Shown here: one piece after another, positions 1 to 11,389 of the stretch
Numbering within the stretch: the first letter of the stretch is position 1
Layout: every line of letters starts with the position of its first letter
Assembly: GCA_964019335.1 (NCBI GenBank)
Contig: OZ025754.1
Location: forward strand, 124,001 to 188,000
DNA length: 64,000 bases
Direction: 5' to 3'
Source of the DNA: Diplonema japonicum
Taxonomy: Eukaryota; Protista; Euglenozoa: Diplonemea
The notes under the pieces: generated by a model
What the model saw: the letters and a program-made list of their open reading frames with translations, nothing else
Database searches by the model: none
What the model was told of the DNA's origin: nothing
Program-made: the position numbers and the translations under genes

Positions 1-66
1 GGAATGGGAGAAACAGGGGAGGAGGAAAGAAAGAACACTATTTTTCTTTTTTTTTTTTCTCCTTCC

Positions 67-105
<39 letters not shown>

Positions 106-123
106 CAAAACAGTGTTCTTCTT

Positions 124-174
124 TCAGTCCTGATAGACCCAGGATAAGTCTTTGTAAGTTTCAAAGCAAGCCCT

Positions 175-206
<32 letters not shown>

Positions 207-615
207 CCCCTCCCTCATACAGAGCACAATAATAAGTTACAGTCCAAGCAGCACTCACCACCACTATGTGTCGGAGGCTTGGGACCAGCAAAGAAAGCAT
301 CCGAGTTTTTTTGTTCTTCATCAACAATTCTACAGCAGCTGGGGTACCGAGGTCTAGAGCAGTTTTTCCGTTTTTGTCTTTAACAGCTTGGTTGGCTCCT
401 TCCGCCAGCAGCAGTTCCACCACGCCTATGTGGCCTCCCTTTGCTGCAAGAATGACCCCTGTCTGCCCACCTTCCTTACATTTTACATTTATATCAACTT
501 TTCCCTTCAACCCTTTTTTTACCGCCCCCAAGTCCCCCAGTTCGCACGCTTTTAGAAATCGATCCCCGTTTTTTTCGCTGTCGTTTTCGCCTTTGGCTTC
601 CCAGGCTCCAGGCAT
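124..615 (-). CDS. Ankyrin-repeat protein with C-terminal hydrophobic segment (2 exons; intron 173..220)
   Basis: Ankyrin motifs FLKACELGDLGAVK, GQTGVILAAKGGHIGVVELLLAEGA, KNGKTALDLG. Removing the GTATGA..(A)n..CCAG intron removes the poly-Lys. Start taken at MPGAWE (615); the ORF stays open to 756, so the true 5' end is uncertain. Confidence 0.75.
173..220 (-). other. 48-nt GT-AG intron with poly(A) tract
   Basis: GCTCT|GTATGAGGGAGGGG(A)nCCAG|GGCTTGC; splicing gives YCALACFETY. Confidence 0.75.
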
Positions 616-618
616 TTT

Positions 619-650
<32 letters not shown>

Positions 651-1192
651 CCTTTTTTTTTTTTTTTTGACGATTCCATCTTGGTACCACCAACATGCTG
701 CAGAAGAAATACTTCCCCAGCAAGGACGGGGGGTCGACCGAAAAACGAAGAGACATTATTTAAAAAAAAATAAAAAAAATAAATAAAATAAAAAAAAAGT
801 AATATCGATCAAGGACAGGGAGGGTGCGATAAAAAAAAAAAGATACGGGGAAAAAAAAAGAGCTTTTACTTTTTCCTCATTATACCGGTGCATAGTGTGT
901 GTGGGGGGGGCACATTTTTTTTCTTCCCGTTGCACGCAAACAAAGAATAGCTCGTCGATTTTCTTTTCTTAAAGCACGGGGAGGGGGGGGGGGGGGTAAT
1001 ATATATATATTTATTCTTCCCCCACGAGAAGAGAAAGGAAAAAAATTCATTTTTATGATAGGGGGGGGGAAAGAATGAAAAGGAAGGGAGGGAAGAAGAA
1101 AAATGTCGACAGACTGAAAAATCCATTTCCTCCCCCTTTTTTTTTCTTCTAAAATGGGCTAAAAAAAAAAATTCTTTTTTTTTTTTAAAAAA

Positions 1193-2385
1193 TTATTCAT
1201 CCTCACCATCTTCGTCTTCATCATACTGTGTAATTATTATTATTATTATTATTTTTAAATATTTTTTCCCCCCCCTCCCTCACACACCACTTCGGTGATG
1301 GCTTTCTTAAAAGCCTTTTTCAACTCGGGGTCCTCATCATCCCATTTCTGCTTCTTGCATAACGCCCTTCTTATGGTGCCGATCGTAAGGTCCTCTGATT
1401 CGTCAGCATCGACAAATTCCTTAACGATTTTTTTAATCTTGCTGAACGGGGCAGGAAGCGCCTTGGATGCAGAGCGCTTCTTGCCGGATTCTTTAACATC
1501 CGTTGCCTTGCTGGGGAGTTTTTTGTCAGGGTCTCGTCGGTACAGGGTTAGGGTCACATTTCCATTCCCACAGGCAAGCTTGCCTGTGGCAGAAGCTACG
1601 GTAGTTGAAACCCCAGAAGATGTTTCTCCATAATCACCGGTCGCGTCCATGAGAATGGTCATGATGCCCTCTGGAGACATAGTATAGGTAACACCCCTGC
1701 AATTCGCTGAGAGAGGAGCTGGTTTTGAGGCAGGTTCGGTTTTCATTTTCGAGTCCTTACATGTCATTGTGAAGGTGAGCTTGAGGTCCTTGAAGGGGTC
1801 CGGGCATTGGTACGCCCCTAGGCTGCTGGATATCATGTAGGAGTTACCCGATTTCACCTTTTCCGTGAACGTTTTGTTGAATCCTATAATCGCTCGGATA
1901 ATTTTTTTTTGGGGGTCGGCCTCGAGCTTCATGTTGTGTGAAGGCGCACCTGTCATCATTTTTGCAGGGTTTATCTCAGTTTTCCCGTTTGTCGTCACGT
2001 TCAGACCCACTGTTACATTAGATTTTGCGAGTTTTCGTGGGCCGCGTGTTGAGGCGATAAGAATGGACGATCCGTTTTTCGATTCTGAGCCTTCTTTTGT
2101 TACGTCGCATTTCATTGTGAGGATTGTACCGTTCAAACTCCACTCGATGTTTTCGCCGCCCGGATCTTTCCAGTCTTTCAGGCCTGCCTTGTCGAACTTT
2201 TCCTTGAGCTTTGTGTACACGTTCAGGCCGAGTCGGATTCCGCTGGTGCCTAGCTGTAAGTTTCCCGAGGCAACTGTGATCGACTTCCCTGTTGAGGATT
2301 CGCCGAAGGTTTGTGTGAGATCGACTTTTAAGACCAGCGTGCTCTCTCCTTCAAGGGATAGTTTTACATTTTTTCCCACTTCCAT
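1193..2385 (-). CDS. Protein with four tandem ~55-aa beta-rich repeats, C-terminal DEK_C-like domain and acidic tail (2 exons; intron 1226..1287)
   Basis: Repeats of type NVKLSLEG..LVLKVDLTQTFGESSTGKSITVAS..LGLNVY. KIKKIVKEFVDADESEDLTIGTIRRALCKK..KKAFKKAITEV resembles DEK_C. Splicing GTGTGT..ACAG adds YDEDEDGEDE*. Confidence 0.75.
1226..1287 (-). other. 62-nt GT-AG intron, purine/(AAT)n-rich
   Basis: GAAGTG|GTGTGTGAGGGAGG..(AAT)n..ACACAG|TATGATGAA. Confidence 0.7.
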
Positions 2386-3397
2386 TTTTTTTTTTTTTTT
2401 TGCTTTTTTTCTTTTTTTTTTGGGGGGGAAAAAAAAAGAAAAAAAAAGAAAAAAAAAAAAAGCGTCGTAAAGGAGAAAAAAAAAAGGGGGAGTTTTTTTT
2501 TTTTTTTTTATATTACTTGTAACTGAATTTCGTCTATTACATTGTTTCCCTTCCTCTCCCCCCCCCCTTTTTTTTCCTTGGCGCTCTTTTTTTTGTTTTC
2601 AACAACCACAACAAAAGAAAGAAGAAAGAAAAAAAAGGATGGGGGAGAGGGGGGGGGGGGGGGGGAATACAGAAAAAAAGGGGGATAAAAAGTACCAGAT
2701 TTTGCGACTATTATGTACTGTGAAATAAAATAAAAAAGGGGGGTCCAAAAAGACTGGGTACAAAAAATTGAAAGAAAAAAAAAAGAAAAAAAGGTACATA
2801 GTTCCGCAGCACATAGTGCATAAACAATAATCCCAAAATCCGGTAAAAGAAAAAAAAAATCTCATGGGGGAAGAAGGGGTAAATATTATGTCATATCTTA
2901 CGAGAAGGGTGCGTGAGTTGGCCGCGACCAGGAGGGAGAAAAAAAAAGTACAGGAAAAAAAAAAGAAAAAAAAAAGGGGGGCAAGGGGGTGTGCAGGTGT
3001 ATAAGTTGTGGAGAGAACAGCCACCAGTACATTCTTGTTTTGACCTTGCCCTCTCACCCCCCTCCCCCCCTTTTTTTCTGTGCCGTATAAAGAATTCTAA
3101 AAAAAAGTAGAGGCAAGTATTTTTTTTTAATTTTTATTTTAGTAAAAAAGCAAAAAAAAAAAAAAAAAAAAAAAACAAAAAAAATACTTACCACTGAAAT
3201 ATGCTCCATATATATTTTTTTTTTCTCTTCAACTTTTCTTTTTTCCCCAACCCCCCCAAAACAAAACGAAGTGGGGGCGTATCACACTTTTCTTTCAAAC
3301 TTTCAAATTATCTTCGCATTCCTTTTTTTTTAACGTCTCCTCCCCTACTCCTTCTCCTTCACTTCAAAGAGACTCATCGGGCACACCTCCGTGAGTA

Positions 3398-3435
<38 letters not shown>

Positions 3436-3450
3436 AAAGGGGACGTGATC

Positions 3451-3488
<38 letters not shown>

Positions 3489-3491
3489 AAA

Positions 3492-5980
3492 TTACGCCCC
3501 TGGCGGGGGAGTGGGAGACCTCACAGATCTTCGATTCTGTGTCTTTCCGAACACAGACCTCCGCTCTGCAGGCTGTGAAATAGTACGGGACTTTGAAGGT
3601 AAATCGGCTACGGTGTGCGGCACGCTGCTGGACTCGAAAGATTTTTTAAACCGAGCAGGGTGCTCGGTAGGTGCGAGAGACAAGGAACCCTGCCCGCCGG
3701 TAGAGCTGGAAGGGTTCCCCACCATGAGGTTCAACACGGAACGCTGCTTGTGGCACAGCCACTCGACCACCTCTTTGTGCTTTTTTACATAAGTTTCCTT
3801 AACAGACTCCATTTCCCGTGCGTGGTCCACCTCAATTGTTGCTATTCTCTTCCCCATTTCACCCTCGGATTTCTTAAGCGATCGGACTAGTTCTACCAGC
3901 CCGCGGAGAAGCTCCTCGGTATCACCTTTACCTGTGGAGTCCTTACCAAACTCTTGCTGGATGTCTCCCATGAGGTCTGAAGGCAATTCTGTGGAATGTG
4001 AGGCGGTAGTGGGGCTCGAGGGCTGTGGAGCAGATGTCGGTTTTTTATTATGCGGCGCTGTGGGTGCTGGGTGTGAACCTTGTTGTTGTTTCCCTCCAGA
4101 CGCGGATTTTTTAACGGAAGCGTTGGCCTTTGCGAGAGATTCCTCGAGGGTTTTTATCTTAGCTTTGTATGATGAGGCCAGGCTGGCTTCTTTCTTGTAG
4201 CTTTCCAGCTCGGCCTCCATTTTTTTTGACTTTTTTTGAGCTTTTTCCGTCTCGCGGGTTGCGGCTGCGAGCTTGCCCTGCAAGCTCATCATCCGTTTGA
4301 GATCAGTTTGCTTCTGAAGCTTAACTTGTTCTGCCCCGTCGATCGCTTCCTCGTACTCTGCCACGAGTTTACTAATTTGAACATCTTCATCATCTTCATC
4401 TTTCCCCCCGTTCAGACATTTTGAACGCTTCTGTGCAGCGCTGGATTTGTAACCGTGAGCCCCGCCGTAGTTTATAGAAAGCATGCCGGAAGAGGATATG
4501 TTTCGAGGAGCTTGTTGGTGAACTCTTGAACCTTCTCCTTCAGCGGCCGTGATCATTACTTTGATCGGGGACTCGGGTTTTGCCTTGGTTTCGGCCACCT
4601 GGTCGGCCTTCCAGTCTTTTTCCCCGGGGCTGAGGTAGTACGCGCGCTTCCCTGCAGCCCGTCGCTCCGCCTCCGTGGTGGTCCGTCGGGGGGTTTTTCG
4701 CGGGTCGTTCCAGGTGGTTTGTTTGGAGTTGTGGTCGATGAAGTACACCCTCCCATCGTCCGTTGATCGTATCTCCCTGGTTTTTTTTTTTTTTTTTTTT
4801 TTTTTTTTGTGGGTCATCATACCATCCCTCTGGTAGTGGTTCGTCTGCCGTGTCGATGTCGGGTGATAGTGCTACAGTACCTTTTTTTTTTTTTTTTTTT
4901 TTTTTGAGAAATCGAAAAAAAAAAGGGGGGGGGAATTTTTTTTTTAATACCCTCCGCCACGTGTTTGTTGATCTTTATCGAGTTTTTCACGTTGGCCTTC
5001 TTCAAGGCGGTCGCGAAGGCCAGTGATTCGGTGTCAACACCTCCCTGTGAGGGTAAAAAGTTGAAGTGTTTCTTAAAAAAAAAAAAACACACCCTAGTAC
5101 ATATAATACAAGCAGTGTGCACATTACCGCCCGTAAGCGAGGGGTGCAAGTAGTAAGGGATGCCGTCGGTGGGGAGATCATCTTTGTTCTGCACGGAGTT
5201 TCTTTTTTTTTTTCTTTCCCCCCCTTAACATACCTGCGACTCGACGAGGGTTAGAAGGGAGAGAAGCCCCCGGTAGGAAGCAGGTGCTTCGGTGGTAGGA
5301 GGGAGAACGCATCCCAGATCTATCAAGTGGAGGTGCGCAGTGTGAATGAGGGTGAGCCCGTCATCCATCACCTCCCTGCGTTCCACGGACACACGGAAGA
5401 TGGTGGTCGCTCGGTTGTGGTAGGTCTGGTTCTCAAGGCCAACATCAACGAGCTCCATGGCTGCTTCTCTTTGAGCCTCGACTTCTTCCGCACCGTGGGT
5501 TTTGACACAACCCTGCTGGTTGACAAATGAGATATTCACGTTGTCCGGGTTGATGATGTCACGAATGACCTCGTCTACCAGTTGCAAGTAAGATATTTTA
5601 ACGACGAAGTGGCACCTGGTGCCGGATTTTCGTTGCATTACTCCGATCTTTCCATAGACCTGGTCTATGACCCGGGGGATTACACCGTAGTTGTCGGGTT
5701 TTCCCAGCATGGTGTAGGATTTCCCGGTTTCGCTGTTCCCATAGACCATTATGCACCCGTGGACTCCTTCAAGAACACCATCTACAATTTGAGCGATCTC
5801 TTTAGAGTATGCAGCGTCATTGTCCTGGTCTGGTCCCAGGACGTCGTCGACCTTCACGGCGGTCGGGCCTCTTCCTACTGTTTTGTCTTTTACGCTGTAG
5901 CCGTGGCCCTGTCCTGTTTTCCCGTTGGTTCCTCGTGTCACTCTTACTATGACGTGAACGGGAGTTTCTCGGTCTGCCAT
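3492..5980 (-). CDS. Divergent kinesin motor-like domain + WW domain + coiled coil; 5 exons (5234..5980, 5093..5188, 4951..5044, 4823..4880, 3492..4776)
   Basis: Kinesin motifs VHVIVRV, VLEGVHGCIMVYGNSETGKSYTMLG, VKISYLQL, LHLIDLG. Four GT-AG introns join three ORFs in frame and restore the WW domain PLPEGW|EIRSTDDGRVYFIDHNSKQTTWNDPR. Confidence 0.8.
4777..4822 (-). other. 46-nt GT-AG intron with poly(A) tract, inside the first Trp codon of the WW domain
   Basis: GGATG|GTATGATGACCCAC(A)nCCAG|GGAGATA. Confidence 0.9.
4881..4950 (-). other. 70-nt GT-AG intron whose poly(A) run abuts the acceptor AG
   Basis: GAGG|GTATTAAAA..CTC(A)nG|GTACTG; phase 1 restores the frame into the WW exon. Confidence 0.8.
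5045..5092 (-). other. 48-nt GT-AG intron (T-rich, in frame)
   Basis: ACTAGG|GTGTGTTTTT..CCCTCACAG|GGAGGT. Confidence 0.7.
5189..5233 (-). other. 45-nt GT-AG intron, purine-rich
   Basis: TCGCAG|GTATGTTAAGGGG..AAAAAAG..CCGTGCAG|AACAAA; contains an in-frame stop, so it must be removed for the gene to continue. Confidence 0.8.
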
Positions 5981-6223
5981 TTTTTTTTTTTTTTTTTTTT
6001 TCCCCACCCCACCCCCGCCCCCCGCCTCACCCCCGCCTCTCTGCCACCCTCTCCTTTATGTGATTAGCTTATTTCCATTAAAAAAAAAAAAAGGGAATAA
6101 AAAAAAATTTTTTTTTTACGTTCGCTGAGAAAATAAAACATGCACACTTTTTTTTTTTTTTTTTTTCCCCCCTACCAGAGCCAGTTTTTTTTTTTTAACG
6201 TGGGAAAAAAAAAAAAAAAAAAA

Positions 6224-8098
6224 TCAAACAAGAGCAGCGATGAGTTTCTCATTTTCAGCTTTGATCTGCTGCATCTCGGCGGGTGCGAACTTACTAATGC
6301 GATCGTAAGTGTAGAACCCGTCGCACTCCCGCTCTACATCAGAGAGCTGGGTGAACACCGAGGCCGACGTCTGCTTCTGAAATCCCGCAAGCGCCGATAT
6401 CTGTTCTGCATAGGCCGTCAGAAACTGCGCAGACGTGTTGAACACGGAGTAAGAGTAACACAGGTTAGGCCACCATTCATGACCCTCCACAAAAAGACCA
6501 AAACCACCCCATTCCCCATACATTGCATATTGCGTAGGAAGCGCACTGTTCGGCTTAGGGTTAGGATAGTTGTGAACATCATTAACATCAGCAAGATGTT
6601 CGTTGTTCGCAGGCCCACCTGAATCACCATCAAGAAGCCTGCTGGAGTCCAAGCTTCTCGCGTATGTTACCATCTCTGGCAGGTCGGAGAAAATATCCTT
6701 CATGTCCTCCTCGTTGAAAATAGTCCATTGGACTATACAAGGGTGGTTCCTCTTGCCCTCCACCATCGCCGTGAAATCAGCTTTGTAAAGTTCGAAATCC
6801 GACGCGTTCCCGTGCGGGCTCCCGTATTTCTGAACGGCATCCTGAAACACAATCAGCCCGAGGGTGTCAGCGTAGTAGTACCACCGCTCCATGTTTACCT
6901 TTTGGTGGAGACGGACCAGGTTAAAACCGTAGTCTTTTACAGCTTGAAGATCGAATTGAATCGATGCCTCTGTGGGGGGTGTGTACAAACCATCAGGCCA
7001 GAAGGATTGGTCTAACCATCCGTGGAGGTATATCGGCTTCCCGTTCAGCAGCGGCCTGGAAACATTGTTGATGTCCTTCCCCAACACGATCGTTCGCAGA
7101 CCGACGTACGTTTTGACAGAATCCGTGTTGTGCGTCAGTGTAACGTTGTAAAGAAATGGTGACGCCGGCGACCAGAGTTTTGGGTTCGGGACGGCTATTT
7201 TTAAAAAGGTTCCAGCAGGGCCGGTTGCCTCAGCTACCTGTGTTGTACCGTCATACAGTGTAACGGTGACATCTCCGCCGTCGGTTGTGTTTACCAAGTA
7301 TTCTACACTCAGCAGATCGACATTTGTACGATAAGATGTAATGCGGCTGTCAGGAACGGATTCAAGCCAAACTGTTTGCCAGATCCCTGACGACGGGGAG
7401 TATGTATCGCCGCTTGGCGTTCGAACCGCGGACACCCTTTGCTTCCCGAACGGCTGCGTTCCCCAATCGCTCGGATCGTACGAAAAAACAAGAATTTCGT
7501 TGTCCGTTGCCTTCAAATGCGCGGTGATATCGAAATAGAAGGCGTCATAACCCCCCGTGTGGGTTGGAAGCTGTACACCGTTGACAAAAACAGTCGCTTG
7601 CCAATCGACCGCCCCGAAGTGCAGGAGAACCGTCTTACCCTGCGTGAATTCAGAAGGTGCGTTGAATATTTTTCTGTACCACAAGCGGAAGTTCCAGGAG
7701 TTCAAACCGCGGGGAATGTCGTCCATCCCCATCCCTGTAATCCAGAACCCACTCAAGCAAGATTCTGGTGGGTAAGGCACCACGATTTTTTTCGTGAAGT
7801 TGGTGGGCGGGGTTGGGACTTTTGAGCCTTCTCCTCCCGCTGGCTGGAAGTCCCACCATCCGTTGAGGTTTAACCAAGTGTTTGAGGGCCGTTCCATCAT
7901 TGGTAGTGGGTGGTACTCGTTGTGCGGTTGCGTCGAGTTTGGGTTCGTTTTTGCGCCTTCGTCCGTGACCAACGGGCAGTACCCCCTGTCGGACCCGTCA
8001 CCGTTAGGGGCTGTGTATTGAAAGATCCCGCACTGACAGGTTACCCCTGCTGCGACACCAATCGTTGTTGCCATTATCGTCAATAGTTGGTGTAGCAT
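6224..8098 (-). CDS. Secreted glycoside hydrolase family 2 (beta-galactosidase/glucuronidase-like)
   Basis: NLNGWWDF, LLHFGAVDW, HTGGY, SGIWQTVWLE, LDQSFWPDGLYT, GFNLVRLHQK, WTIFNE (acid/base), GEWGG (nucleophile); hydrophobic N-terminus; intronless. Confidence 0.92.
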   Translation of the reverse strand: MLHQLLTIMATTIGVAAGVTCQCGIFQYTAPNGDGSDRGYCPLVTDEGAKTNPNSTQPHNEYHPLPMMERPSNTWLNLNGWWDFQPAGGEGSKVPTPPTNFTKKIVVPYPPESCLSGFWITGMGMDDIPRGLNSWNFRLWYRKIFNAPSEFTQGKTVLLHFGAVDWQATVFVNGVQLPTHTGGYDAFYFDITAHLKATDNEILVFSYDPSDWGTQPFGKQRVSAVRTPSGDTYSPSSGIWQTVWLESVPDSRITSYRTNVDLLSVEYLVNTTDGGDVTVTLYDGTTQVAEATGPAGTFLKIAVPNPKLWSPASPFLYNVTLTHNTDSVKTYVGLRTIVLGKDINNVSRPLLNGKPIYLHGWLDQSFWPDGLYTPPTEASIQFDLQAVKDYGFNLVRLHQKVNMERWYYYADTLGLIVFQDAVQKYGSPHGNASDFELYKADFTAMVEGKRNHPCIVQWTIFNEEDMKDIFSDLPEMVTYARSLDSSRLLDGDSGGPANNEHLADVNDVHNYPNPKPNSALPTQYAMYGEWGGFGLFVEGHEWWPNLCYSYSVFNTSAQFLTAYAEQISALAGFQKQTSASVFTQLSDVERECDGFYTYDRISKFAPAEMQQIKAENEKLIAALV

Positions 8099-8851
8099 TC
8101 TTTTTTTTTTTATTGTCCTTTGTGTGCGAAACTTTTTTATTTTTGGAATTTGAAAGAATAAAAAGGGGGGGGGGAGTGGAAAAAAAAAAGTAATTGTTTT
8201 TTTTTTTGTTAATAAAGAAATATTTAAAGGGAAGGAAAAGGGAAAGGAAGAAGGGGGAAGGGGTGTTGTGGAAAAAAAAAAAAAGAAACCGGAGGAGACA
8301 AAATAAGGAGGGGAGGGGGGGAGGAGGTGACGAAAAAAGTAATAAAAAAAAACACCTTGGGAAACACAAAAACTCTTTTACAGCTTTTTTTTTTCTTTCT
8401 TTCTTGCTTCTGAATTTCTTCTTTCCCCACTTTTTTCTTTTACCTCGCTCTCTTTCCGAGAGGGGGGGGGGGGGGGGAGAGGAATGGAAGGAGGTGCCAT
8501 TTTTGTGGTGTAAATGAGGGGGGGGGGGGGGGAGGAAAGAAAAAGTAAAATTTATAACGAACAAACTATGGCAAAGTAAGAATTTACTACCCCCCCCTTT
8601 TTTTCATTTCCCCTCTTTTTAAGCCATCTCCCGCTTTTTCTTCTTCTTCCTCCCCCCCCCCCCCCCTTTTTTTTCTTCATCATTCGCCTGCAGATACCCC
8701 TGCCAATACATTTCTTTTTTCGGGCAACACCAACAAAAAAAAACAAGGGGCAAAGAATAAAAAAAAAAAAAAAAAAAAACATGCGAAAAAAAAAAAAAAA
8801 AATTGCTTTCCCATGTGTGTAAACACATAGAATACTTCTTCTTTTTTTTTT

Positions 8852-10106
8852 TCAATCTTCAGGGGGAAGAAGTTTCACCTTTTTCGCACCGCTCGCCGTG
8901 CTGCCCTTATCTTCATGAATCGTTGCAGTTTCCACAACCGTGTCGTTTTGTATTTTCCCCTCCATCGACGTCACAAGCTGGTGGATCTCTTGCAAGGTGG
9001 AGTGGAGCTCCTGGAGCTGCTGGTTGTTCGGCCCAGGTTCCATGGTGGGCTTGCGTTCTGACTGTTGTTGAAAAAGAAGTTTGTTCTTCAATGAGGTCTG
9101 AATGTCGCTTTCCTCAGGCGTGAGGTAACGGCTTGAGGGAAGCGACATCATCCTCGCCCTGTCTTTAATCCCAATAGAGTCAGATCGAAGCATCGATTTG
9201 CAAACATCAATAGTCTCGTCATCCTCCGTAAAATTCGCCAAAGGCACAGTCCCAGGAGCAATGAGCGAGCTTATATACGGATTCGTGGCTGCCGACGACT
9301 TCCTTCTTGCAAGGGAGCGTAACACTTCAGAAGAATATCCGTAAGATTGAGCCATAGAACTCTGTCGTGAGTGGGACCCTATAAAACTTGGCGCGTTGGA
9401 CGACGATGATGAAGACGATGTGCTGTTGTTTGATTCTTGATGATGCTTGCTGTTGTTGCTGTCGCTGTCGTCCGGTTTCGCCGGGGTCGTGCCTTGAGCT
9501 TCCTTCCGTGCTCGAATCTCGCTTTGAATTTGCTCGTTGAATTCCGGGAAACTATCAAGAATTGTGTGAAAATCCGCTTTGTCAAGCCGGAACAAATCAC
9601 AGTATGTCAAGGCTCTGATGGACGCTGTTCGTAACGTTTCCACCAATAACGCAACTTCTCCGAAAAAACCGCCTTTTTTGATGGTTGCCAAATACATTCC
9701 GTCTGCTGACAGAACGTCCGCGTAGCCGTGACCCATAAAGAACATTTCTGAACCAACGTCGCCGGCGGTTATGATGTACTGTCCAGGGGCAAAAACAACG
9801 TTTTTTAAGCCTTCGGCAAGGGCGACTTTGCATTCTTTGTTCGCACTTTTGAACATTTCAACGGTGCCGATGAACTTTATCCTTACGTACAGCCCGATGT
9901 GCTGCTGCATGGAGACGGGGAGGCCGTCGATGATCTTGGAGTAGGAGGAGCCCACGTTGTGCTGCAGGATGTGGTTCTGAAAGGCGAGCACCTCTTGTTG
10001 CAGGGATTTCGGGATGTTGAAGTACTTCATGACCGCTAGCGTCTCCATCATCCTGGCCTTGCGCTCGGATTTGATGTTGTGTGATTGCATGATCTTCGAC
10101 AGTTTA

Positions 10107-10153
<47 letters not shown>

Positions 10154-11184
10154 TTGTTCATTGACAACAACAACAACACACCGATAATTGCCGCGTTTGC
10201 AAACGTGCCAAAAATGAACAGGAAGCAGGCGAAAACCCGTTCTTGTGTGGTTTTCACTTCTACGTCGCCGTAGCCCACAGTAGTGACTGTGTTTTTTTTT
10301 TTTTTTTTTTTTTTTTTTTTCCCCCCACCCCGCAAACCAGTGTACAAAACATAGTAGGCCGCGATAGTGTAGGACTGCGACTCGTACTTCCTGTCCTCGA
10401 TCAGCGCGAGCCGGACGATGACCAAGAGGTGCAGGGAGAAGATGGTCCAGAACAACAACTGCACCAGCGGGACCACCTGGTAATACACATAGATATACCT
10501 CGCGGAGATCGCTTCCGGGTTCACCTGTTCGAAGTAAGAGTAAGCCCGCACCGCCTTCAACACAGTTAAATGATATACAACCTTGTGCGCATCATTAAAC
10601 CCCGCCAGATAGCACACGATATGAATGGGGGCCGCTGCAAGAAAATCCATACAAAACCACGTTTTAACGTAGTTTACTATGGTGTTGGAGGTGGATTTCG
10701 CCTCCAGGCCAGCAGAAACCACTACAGAGGTTTGCATCTTGGCTCGTATTGCAATGTCAATCATGAACAGCAGGGACCCAAGGCAGTCGAACGGGAGGTT
10801 TATTGTCGGGGACCAGTTGTCGTAGATATCATTCAGGGAAACGGAAATTTCGAAGTAAAGAGTGACGAGGAGGAGGATGAGCTCCCAGATGGGCACCCAC
10901 GAATCATCCGCAAGGATCCCCGAGGTTTTCTTAGCCTTTTCAATGTGCTGCTGCGTCTCCGCTGTTTGGTTCATTATATTGTCCTCATTGTCATCTTCTT
11001 TAACTGGTTTATTGGGTTTTTGGGTTTGAAAGGCGCGCACGGCCTGTGCGAACCTGGGTAAAACACGCAGCTTCTCTTGAGCAGACAGGCTCCCGCATCC
11101 ACTTTGTATCGATTTTGTGTCGCTCAGTACCGTGTCTGCCGTGCTCCGGCTGACTGAGTCCTGCCCGCTGACCTCGTCGTCCAT
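8852..11184 (-). CDS. Cyclic-nucleotide-binding K+ channel (KCNH/CNG-like); 3 exons (10338..11184, 10182..10286, 8852..10107)
   Basis: Six-TM layout; pore LYT|VTTVGYGD restored by splicing; C-linker; cNMP domain GDVGSEMFF..GGFFGEVALL..RTASIRALTYCDL. Confidence 0.88.
10108..10181 (-). other. 74-nt GT-AG intron whose poly(A) run abuts the acceptor AG
   Basis: ATCG|GTGTGTTG..AACAAC(A)nG|GTAAACTG; joins S6 (AAIIG) to KLSKIMQSHNIK in the next frame. Confidence 0.88.
10287..10337 (-). other. 51-nt GT-AG intron with poly(G)+poly(A), inside the pore helix
   Basis: ACTG|GTTTGCGGGGTGGGGGGG(A)nCACAG|TCACT; removal gives YTVTTVGYGD. Confidence 0.9.
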
Positions 11185-11270
11185 TGCCCCATGTAAAAAG
11201 CCCTTCCCCCTCTTTTTCTTTTTTTTTTTTTTTTCTCTCTCTTTTTTCCCCCTGTGTTTCTCTTTTTGAG

Positions 11271-11328
<58 letters not shown>

Positions 11329-11389
11329 CATTTCAATTTCCCCTCCCCCTCCCCCTCTGGAAAGAGAGACTACTTTTACTACTTGTAAA

